Of a stretch of DNA of 64,000 nt, positions 55,255 through 61,866 are shown one piece after another. The notes under the pieces were generated by a model that saw nothing but the letters and a program-made list of their open reading frames with translations, was not told where the DNA came from and did no database searches. The stretch comes from a virus (lineage: Duplodnaviria > Heunggongvirae > Uroviricota > Caudoviricetes). Location: positions 28,282 through 92,281 of the IMG/VR virus record IMGVR_UViG_2974649431_000001; one strand, 5' to 3'. Both the position numbers and the translations under genes were made by a program. The first letter of the stretch is position 1; each line of letters starts with the position of its first letter.

Positions 55255-56525
55255 CCACCAAGTACGAATACGTGATGTCCGGCATGAACTATGCCATGTC
55301 CAAGCGGGGCGTGTTCACGGATGCTTACAATGAGAAGTGCCGGGAAATGTTCCGGCAGCTGAACGGGGCGATCCCCAACCACAGCCAGGCGATCCTCTTC
55401 AACGGCCTCCAGGAGCGCAGCCTGGGGAAGCACCTCTACAACATCTACGGCACGGAGTCGAAATACTACGTGGACTCAGGTGGACTGCAGATGGTGACGC
55501 TGGGCATGGAGGCGACCGACGAGACGCGCGAGGACATCTACAAGACGCAGGGTGAGTTCGGCGACTTCGCGATGAGCTTCGACGAGATTCCCGTGAAGCT
55601 GCTCAGCGACCGCAGCACCTTCCATGACACCAAGTCGCGTGTCGTTGACATGGAAAACTTCGACGAGTTCGCGGTGGCGAGTGGCAAGAACTTGCGCGCG
55701 CAGATCGAGAGCTTCAAACGCCAGAAGACCAAGACGAAGCCCTTCATGATCGTGCAGGGCACCTCCCCCGAGACCTACCAGCGCTGGACCGACTTGGTGC
55801 TGGGCGAAGTGGACCCCAGCGACCACTGCCGCATCGGCGGGCTGTCCGTGGGGGCAGCTAGCTTAGGGCAAGGGCAGATGGAGGACTTTACGCGCGCATT
55901 CCTCGCAGCAACGCTTGAGATGCCGGAGCACATCAAAGCGCACATCCACCTGTTGGGTGTGGGCTCGTTGAAGCGTCTTGCACCGATCGTTGCTCTTAAG
56001 CACGCGGGGCACTTCGAGAACACGCTGATCAGCTATGACTCGACGACGCACACATCCAGCCTCAGCCTGGGGAGCTTCCAGAAGGACCACCGGCTGATGG
56101 GCTTCAAGGTGAAGAGCGGCAACGTGCGAGGCTTCGACGCTGTGGTCGATGAGATCTGTGCGTATGCCAAGAAGGTGTTCAAGATGGACCCCGACCCGGA
56201 ATTCATCCGCTTCGTCTACCTGCACTCGCGCGCGGGCTACTACGAGCGCTGGGGACATGACCGAGAAGAAGAGTACCAGGACGCGAAATTCCTGTCGCTG
56301 TACGCTAACATACTCAACTTCTGCAAGTCGCTGCGCATCATGGACTGGGGTCCCGAAGGTCTGATGGAAGTCTTCCCGGAGAAGACGGGCCCGTACCTGA
56401 CGTTCTGCAAGGTGCAGGATCGCAAGGACTTCGACCAGTGGCAGCGCCTCAACAGCGCCATGCTGGTCAGCAAGGCCATCGCGACCAGCGACAGCGTCAC
56501 AACCCTCGACGAGCTTTTTGAATGA
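55251..56525 (+). CDS. guanine transglycosylase, TGT/DpdA superfamily
   Basis: All six TGT motifs occur in order: VDSGGLQ, SFDEIP, IVQG, GGLSVG, HLLGVG, SYDS. There is no CxCxxC Zn site. The neighbours are folE/queD/queE. Confidence 0.85.
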   Translation: MTTKYEYVMSGMNYAMSKRGVFTDAYNEKCREMFRQLNGAIPNHSQAILFNGLQERSLGKHLYNIYGTESKYYVDSGGLQMVTLGMEATDETREDIYKTQGEFGDFAMSFDEIPVKLLSDRSTFHDTKSRVVDMENFDEFAVASGKNLRAQIESFKRQKTKTKPFMIVQGTSPETYQRWTDLVLGEVDPSDHCRIGGLSVGAASLGQGQMEDFTRAFLAATLEMPEHIKAHIHLLGVGSLKRLAPIVALKHAGHFENTLISYDSTTHTSSLSLGSFQKDHRLMGFKVKSGNVRGFDAVVDEICAYAKKVFKMDPDPEFIRFVYLHSRAGYYERWGHDREEEYQDAKFLSLYANILNFCKSLRIMDWGPEGLMEVFPEKTGPYLTFCKVQDRKDFDQWQRLNSAMLVSKAIATSDSVTTLDELFE

Positions 56526-57550
56526 ACCAACGCACCATCCACCTCTTCGGGCTGGAGCCCATCGAGACCCGCTACACCAAGGAGTGGGCAACACACCTCC
56601 CGGCCGTTCTCAGCAAACACTTCTGGGTCTGCGACTACCAAGGCGACGTCCTGGAAAGTTCGGTGGGTACCTCGGACTTCCTGAACTGGACCTCGACGAA
56701 CTACTTCAAGAGCAGCCAGCTCATGGGTTTCGCGCTTGCTCTGAATGCTGGGCGAGTCAACGATGGAGACATCGTGCTGTTCACCGACTTCTGGAACCCC
56801 GCCGTCATCCAGGTGAAGTACATGCTGGGCATGGCCGGCCTGGACGTGAAGGTAGCAGGCATCGCGCACGCCGGCGCATACGATCCCTGGGACCGCCTCG
56901 CAGAGAAGCTGGGGCACAATGAATGGGTGTACAAGGCAGAGGCCGGCATGTTCGAGTGCTATGACCGGATCTTCTTCGCGACAGATTTCCACCGGGACCT
57001 CTACGCACAGACGCATGGGCACAGCCCGGCGACCTTCGTTGCGGGCTTCCCCATGGAATATATCCGCAACGAGATCGATGAGTCCCTGCCGTTCAAGCGG
57101 AACAAGATTGTCTTCGCACAGCGCAATGCACCGGAGAAGCAGCCCCACCTCTTCCACGAACTCGCTGCATGGGCAAAGGCCGAAGGGCTGGACTATGAGT
57201 TCGTCGACGTCGGTGCAATGGGCCTGAAGAAGCCGGAGTACCATCAGCACCTCCGGGAAGCCAAGCTGGTTGTGAGCTTCGCGCGCCAAGAGACCCTGGG
57301 CATCACGCCCTTCGAAGCGCTTGCGAGGGGATGTGACATCTTGGTGCCCGACCGGCTGAGCTACTCTGAGATGTACAGCCCCATTTTCAAGTACCCCAGC
57401 GGTAACGACCTGGAGCGGGTCAAGGAGCGCCTCGTGGACCGCATTACCAATTTTGAGCCGCGCCAAAACGCCATCGAGGGCGAGTACAATATGCTCGCAG
57501 CGAGCTACTTTTCGTCGGCTCACATGATCGAAAGTTTGAAGGACCTCTGA
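56522..57550 (+). CDS. GT-B fold glycosyltransferase (GT4-like)
   Basis: C-terminal domain with QRNAPEKQP and QETLGITPFE (Ex7E), then ALARGC..LVPDRLSY.EM. Confidence 0.8.
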   Translation: MNQRTIHLFGLEPIETRYTKEWATHLPAVLSKHFWVCDYQGDVLESSVGTSDFLNWTSTNYFKSSQLMGFALALNAGRVNDGDIVLFTDFWNPAVIQVKYMLGMAGLDVKVAGIAHAGAYDPWDRLAEKLGHNEWVYKAEAGMFECYDRIFFATDFHRDLYAQTHGHSPATFVAGFPMEYIRNEIDESLPFKRNKIVFAQRNAPEKQPHLFHELAAWAKAEGLDYEFVDVGAMGLKKPEYHQHLREAKLVVSFARQETLGITPFEALARGCDILVPDRLSYSEMYSPIFKYPSGNDLERVKERLVDRITNFEPRQNAIEGEYNMLAASYFSSAHMIESLKDL

Positions 57551-57934
57551 ATGAAAAAGATCTTCGTCACCTTCCAGAAGGCAGGCATCCACAAATACCC
57601 CGCAGCAGCACACGACCCCAAGCTGAGCGACGTGAGCTACCTGGGCAGCCCCCATCGGCACCTCTTCAAGTTCCGGGTCACCATCCAGGTGTTCCATGAC
57701 GACCGAGAGATCGAGTTCCACCAGTTCCTCAACTACGTGGAAGGCATGTACCACACGGGTACGCTGAGCCTCGATCACCGCTCCTGCGAAATGATCGCCG
57801 ATGAGCTGGCGTTCACGCTGCGCAAACGCTACCCCAACCGCTGGATGCAAATCGAGGTGAGCGAAGACGGCGAATGCGGGGCTGTCATCGACTACGAACC
57901 CGCTACGGCGTGGGACGGCGAGGAGGGAGTCTAA
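57551..57934 (+). CDS. QueD-like T-fold protein, DpdL-like (putative CDG decarboxylase)
   Basis: YLGSPHRHLF matches the LxxxHRHxF signature I recall for DpdL-type proteins; also DREIEF, SCEMIA and V.EDGE.GA. It lacks the QueD catalytic CxxxHG motif. Confidence 0.7.
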   Translation: MKKIFVTFQKAGIHKYPAAAHDPKLSDVSYLGSPHRHLFKFRVTIQVFHDDREIEFHQFLNYVEGMYHTGTLSLDHRSCEMIADELAFTLRKRYPNRWMQIEVSEDGECGAVIDYEPATAWDGEEGV

Positions 57935-57937
57935 CCA

Positions 57938-58747
57938 ATGTTCGGTACCAATGAAGTGGTCGGCAAGAAGTGGTTCAAGGAGGCGGGCGACCGCCTTTTC
58001 GTCACCTCGATTTTCTACAGCATCCAGGGCGAGGGCCCCTTCATGGGGGCGCCTGCGGTCTTCGTGCGCCTTGGGAAGTGCAACCTGGACTGCAGCTTCT
58101 GTGACGCGCTGTTCGACCAGGGCGACTGGATGACACCCGAGCAGGTCGACTCCAAGATCGATGAAGTGCTGGCAGCCAAGGGCATCGATCAGTCGACCGG
58201 CATGCTGCTGGTGATCACCGGCGGCGAGCCTCTGCTACAAGATGCGGCTGTCCCGTGGATGCATGACCGGATGAGCCGAGGCAACCTCGTCCAGATCGAG
58301 ACCAATGGCATCCTCTCCATGGATGAGCTGGATCCCGGCATTCATGTGGTGTGCAGTCCCAAAATCAGCGAGAAGAGCGGGCGCTACCTGAAGCCGAGTG
58401 AGGCAAACATGGGGCGCATCGACTACTTCAAGTTCCTGGTGAGTGCTGACCCTGCATCCCCCTACCACCAGGTGCCGGATTGGGCGCCTCGCACGCTCCG
58501 CACGTTCGTGAGCCCCATCAACGTGTACCTGGATGCGCCCCGTGAGATGAAAATCTTCCTGGTGCGAGACGCCCAGACCAAGGGCATCGACTTCCGCAGC
58601 AGCAAGGGCGAAGTCGCGAGCTTCTGGGAGGAGGGCACGTTCGACATAGCCCAGAACCGTTTGAATCATGAGTATGCGGGCGAGCTCGCAGTGACGGAGG
58701 GCTTCCGGGTAAGCCTGCAGATGCACAACCTGCTGAGCATGGCTTGA
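57938..58747 (+). CDS. queE: 7-carboxy-7-deazaguanine synthase QueE (radical SAM)
   Basis: FYSIQGEG, VFVRL..CNLDCSFCD (CxxxCxxC), VITGGEP, QIETNG, VCSPK, SLQMH. Confidence 0.93.
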   Translation: MFGTNEVVGKKWFKEAGDRLFVTSIFYSIQGEGPFMGAPAVFVRLGKCNLDCSFCDALFDQGDWMTPEQVDSKIDEVLAAKGIDQSTGMLLVITGGEPLLQDAAVPWMHDRMSRGNLVQIETNGILSMDELDPGIHVVCSPKISEKSGRYLKPSEANMGRIDYFKFLVSADPASPYHQVPDWAPRTLRTFVSPINVYLDAPREMKIFLVRDAQTKGIDFRSSKGEVASFWEEGTFDIAQNRLNHEYAGELAVTEGFRVSLQMHNLLSMA

Positions 58748-58755
58748 GGTAACGT

Positions 58756-60174
58756 TTGTCGGAAATCACTAATGAAAGACTGATTTTATCATCCCTGGTT
58801 CAGAACGAAGACTTCGGGCGGCGCGTGAGCGCCTACCTGAAGCGCGACTATTTCGCAAGCGCGGAAGAAGCGACTGTTCTGGGCTACGTGCAAGACTTCG
58901 TTCAGAAGTACGCTGCTCTGCCGAACAAGGCAGATTTGAAGGTCATCGCGACCAACGACGCGGAGATCAGCGAAGCTACGACAGAGGTAGTCCACGAGGT
59001 CATCGAGGACATCTTCGACATTGAACCCAGCCGGAACACAGAGTTCCTCGTGAAGACCGCCGACGAGTTCTGCAAGAGCCGGGCGATGTTCAACGCGATC
59101 CAAGAGGCGATCGAGATCTACAAGGGCGAGTCCAAGAAGACCGTGCATGCCATCGCGGACATCATGCGCGACGCCATGGCGGTCAGCTTCGACCCCAACG
59201 TGGGACACGAGTACCTTGCGGACGCTGAGGCGCGCTGGGACTACTACGAGAACCCGGCAAGCAAGATCCCCTTCGACCTCAAGGCGTTCAACGAGAACAC
59301 CAACGGGGGTGTGGAGCGCAAGACGTTGAACCTGCTAATCGCGGGCATCAACGTGGGCAAGACCATGAGCCTCGTGAGTCTCGCTGCGATGTACATGCGG
59401 ATGGGTTACAACGTGCTCTACTGCTCCAACGAAATGGCGGAGCAGAAGATCATGAACCGCGTGGACGCCAACATGCTTGGCACGTCCATGAACGAGATCC
59501 GTGAGCTGGGCAAAGAGGCCTTCATGGGGCGCATTGAGAAGATGCGCCAGAAGACCTACGGTCGGCTCTTCTGTAAGGCATGGCCAACTGGTACGGCAAC
59601 GGCGAACCACTTCCGGCATGCGGTCAATGAGATTCGCATCAAGAAGCGCGTACAGATCGACATCCTCATCGTGGACTACCTGCAGATCACGACGACGGGT
59701 AACATCAAGCTGGCCGACAACAGTTACCAGAAGTACAAGGCAGTCGCAGAAGAGATTCGCGCGCTGTGCGTTGAAGAGGACATGGTAGGGTGGACAGCCG
59801 CACAGTTCAACCGAGGAGGGCTGGACAACAGCGACCCCGGCATGGGCGAAGTGGGCGAGTCAACGGGCATCCCGGCAACGGTGGACGGTATGTGGGCTTT
59901 GATCCGAACGGAGGAGCTCGACGAGGTTGGCCAACTGCTGGTCAGTGAGTTGAAGTCGCGCTACGGAGACAAGTCCAAGCCGAAGTTCGCGGTGGGGGTA
60001 AATATCAACACCCAGAAGCTGTTCGATGTGAACGACGAAGACCGGGGCAAGTTCATCACGGAGCGCAAGCCCAAGGCGAACGCGAAGCCCAAGGAGGCCC
60101 CTCCCAAGGCTACGGTCCAGTCGACGAACAAAACGATCGGCAAGTTCAAGAACCTGAAAGTGACAGATGACTGA
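58756..60174 (+). CDS. gp41: replicative helicase gp41
   Basis: V.FD..VGH.Y, IPF....FN..T.GG..RKTLN..AG.NVGKT, VDYL, IAEE.R, TA.Q.NR, ES.G.PAT.D, K.RY. Confidence 0.95.
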   Translation: MSEITNERLILSSLVQNEDFGRRVSAYLKRDYFASAEEATVLGYVQDFVQKYAALPNKADLKVIATNDAEISEATTEVVHEVIEDIFDIEPSRNTEFLVKTADEFCKSRAMFNAIQEAIEIYKGESKKTVHAIADIMRDAMAVSFDPNVGHEYLADAEARWDYYENPASKIPFDLKAFNENTNGGVERKTLNLLIAGINVGKTMSLVSLAAMYMRMGYNVLYCSNEMAEQKIMNRVDANMLGTSMNEIRELGKEAFMGRIEKMRQKTYGRLFCKAWPTGTATANHFRHAVNEIRIKKRVQIDILIVDYLQITTTGNIKLADNSYQKYKAVAEEIRALCVEEDMVGWTAAQFNRGGLDNSDPGMGEVGESTGIPATVDGMWALIRTEELDEVGQLLVSELKSRYGDKSKPKFAVGVNINTQKLFDVNDEDRGKFITERKPKANAKPKEAPPKATVQSTNKTIGKFKNLKVTDD

Positions 60175-60355
60175 CGCACTACATGAAGAAACCGCCCCCA
60201 ACGTGACGGGCGGAGTGGACAACAACAGCAACGGCAAGAGCGCTGCACTCTCGACGGAGCGCCGTAAGGAGCTCACCGACTCTATCCGCGCAGCAGCACA
60301 AGCGGCCGCAGCGAAGACGGCAGAACGCGTGGGCCTGAAGAAGGGAGCCCAATGA
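60167..60355 (+). CDS. small hypothetical protein
   Basis: 62-aa ORF overlapping both neighbours; TAAATA at 59999-60004 upstream. Confidence 0.55.
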   Translation: MTDALHEETAPNVTGGVDNNSNGKSAALSTERRKELTDSIRAAAQAAAAKTAERVGLKKGAQ

Positions 60356-61113
60356 GCTTCCCGAAGGTCGAATACGTCACCTACGAGAGCCAAGCGCTTC
60401 CCAGCATCGGCAAGGTAAAGTTCCGCCCCTTCATTGTGGGCGAGCACCGTCGTCTCCTGGAGGCCGCGCAGCTGGGCGACGCAGCAGCAATCCTCGAAAC
60501 GATGGTCTCCATCATCGATGCGTGCTGCTTCCAGAAAGTCAAGGTGGACACCGTCGAGATGTACATCCTGGACATGCTGTACCTCGAGATCTATATGAAG
60601 TCCCGTGGCGCTGTCAGCCCCGCGACCTACACCTGCAAGCACGTCGTGGAGAAGAGCAACGACGGCGGTGAGAAGTTCATGGCGGAGTGCGGCAACCAGG
60701 TCAAGGTGAACGTCCCCCTGGACAAAGCCTACCTGCACATCCCCGAGGGGTACAAGGAATCCAGTGTCGTGTTCATCACGCCGGGCGTGAGCGGCATCAA
60801 GCTTCGTCAGCCTACCATGGCGGAGTACAAGGCGATCAAGGCCAACGGGGGCATCGTGGATGTCACGGACGAGTTCGTCTACTCCAGCATCGACTGCATC
60901 TTCGATGGCGACCGCGTGACCAAGCCCAACGTGGACTTCACGGCGGAAGAGTTCCGTGCCTACATGGACACGCTTCCCGATGAGGTCATGGATCAGATCA
61001 ACCGCTTCTTCGATGACTCGCCGAAGCTGCGCTTGGACTTGCCGATTGCCTGCCCCAAGTGCGGACACAAGGAGACCCTCCACCTGGAAGGCCTCGACGA
61101 TTTTTTCGTATAA
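60352..61113 (+). CDS. gp26: baseplate hub assembly protein gp26-like
   Basis: Y....LPS....VKFRPF.V.E...L..A, D..YL.I..KS.G, CxH..C and CPKC motifs, ending LEGL.DFF. Confidence 0.85.
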   Translation: MSFPKVEYVTYESQALPSIGKVKFRPFIVGEHRRLLEAAQLGDAAAILETMVSIIDACCFQKVKVDTVEMYILDMLYLEIYMKSRGAVSPATYTCKHVVEKSNDGGEKFMAECGNQVKVNVPLDKAYLHIPEGYKESSVVFITPGVSGIKLRQPTMAEYKAIKANGGIVDVTDEFVYSSIDCIFDGDRVTKPNVDFTAEEFRAYMDTLPDEVMDQINRFFDDSPKLRLDLPIACPKCGHKETLHLEGLDDFFV

Positions 61114-61274
61114 CCATCGGTAATGAGGAGCTCGTGGATTTGCTGTCCACTGCCCTCTTACTGCGCGTGAGGCACGGCATCACACAGGCCGAGATTGACG
61201 CGATGGTTCCATACCAGTTTGAGCTGTTCACGATCATGCTCATCAGCCATCTCAGGGAATCTCGGAATGCTTGA
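61101..61274 (+). CDS. gp51: gp51-like baseplate hub assembly protein (-1 frame of gp26, or separate TTG start at 61140)
   Basis: LL...HGITQAEIDAMVPYQFE.F..ML matches the gp51 pattern; the frame is open through the T TTT TTC site at 61101-61107. Confidence 0.65.
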   Translation, partial: FFRITIGNEELVDLLSTALLLRVRHGITQAEIDAMVPYQFELFTIMLISHLRESRNA

Positions 61275-61866
61275 CATCGTAGGTCTCAAAGGAGTGATCA
61301 CAGGGGCAATCCTTGCGTTCGCTCTTGGCGCAGGTGTAGGGGGTGTGTCGGCTCACCGCATCACTAGCAAAACGTTGAACGCGGAGCACACCGCTGCCAT
61401 CGAGAAGATGCGCCGCGAAATCGCGGAGGCCAACAACGTAGAGCTAGAGAAGGGGCTAGCTGTGGAGCGAGCCCAAGCAAAGGCAAATGAAGAATTGCGA
61501 GGAAAGACGGATGCAGCGGTCAAACAACGTGACACGGAGCGCAGGGCGCTTCAAGACCTTCGCGAGCGCGTTGGCCCTTTCATTTCTGCTGGGGGCGTGT
61601 TCGTCGATCCCGGCCGAAAAGCCTCGGGGCCAGTCTGTCGTGACGATTCCGGCGGCACTTCCGAAACCGCCGGAGCTGACACAGCCCATCCAGGAGGAGA
61701 GCTATCTCCAGGAGCTACTCAATTTCTTTTCGCCTACGGAACAAAGGTCGAGCAAACCAGGCAAGACCTGAAGGCCATGAAGGCCTATGCTGACGCCGTC
61801 TACGAGCAGAACGTGAAGCTCCGGGAGGTTCTCAAACAGTACCAAAACCCATCTTCGCATCAGTGA
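61267..61866 (+). CDS. i-spanin (Rz-like)
   Basis: ATG at 61267; N-terminal TM helix (VITGAILAFALGAGVGGV) followed by a coiled coil; contains a nested lipoprotein ORF. Confidence 0.75.
   Translation: MLDIVGLKGVITGAILAFALGAGVGGVSAHRITSKTLNAEHTAAIEKMRREIAEANNVELEKGLAVERAQAKANEELRGKTDAAVKQRDTERRALQDLRERVGPFISAGGVFVDPGRKASGPVCRDDSGGTSETAGADTAHPGGELSPGATQFLFAYGTKVEQTRQDLKAMKAYADAVYEQNVKLREVLKQYQNPSSHQ
61511..61771 (+). CDS. o-spanin (Rz1-like) lipoprotein nested in the i-spanin
   Basis: Signal peptide ending in the lipobox LLGAC, then a Pro-rich segment; fully embedded in the +1 frame. Confidence 0.75.
   Translation: MQRSNNVTRSAGRFKTFASALALSFLLGACSSIPAEKPRGQSVVTIPAALPKPPELTQPIQEESYLQELLNFFSPTEQRSSKPGKT

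Noticed and set aside
56522-57550. T4 alpha/beta-glucosyltransferase acting on hmC
   Set aside because: There is no dCMP hydroxymethylase in the window and the gene is embedded in deazaguanine genes. It remains possible if such a gene lies outside the window.
57551-57934. Calling this ORF QueF or a second active QueD
   Set aside because: It lacks the QueF CP..G.PD / E.KS.K.Y motifs and the QueD CxxxHG motif; the HRH signature fits DpdL-like better.
53331-58747. Queuosine tRNA-modification (auxiliary metabolic) interpretation
   Set aside because: No queC, queF, queA or queG/H is visible, and the transglycosylase lacks the tRNA-TGT zinc site. It is not fully excluded, since the host could supply those steps.
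27944-60174. Inteins or introns in gp17, gp43, uvsX, uvsW or gp41
   Set aside because: Lengths match intein-free homologs, the motifs are contiguous, and no C...HN/C-S-T junctions or LAGLIDADG blocks were seen.
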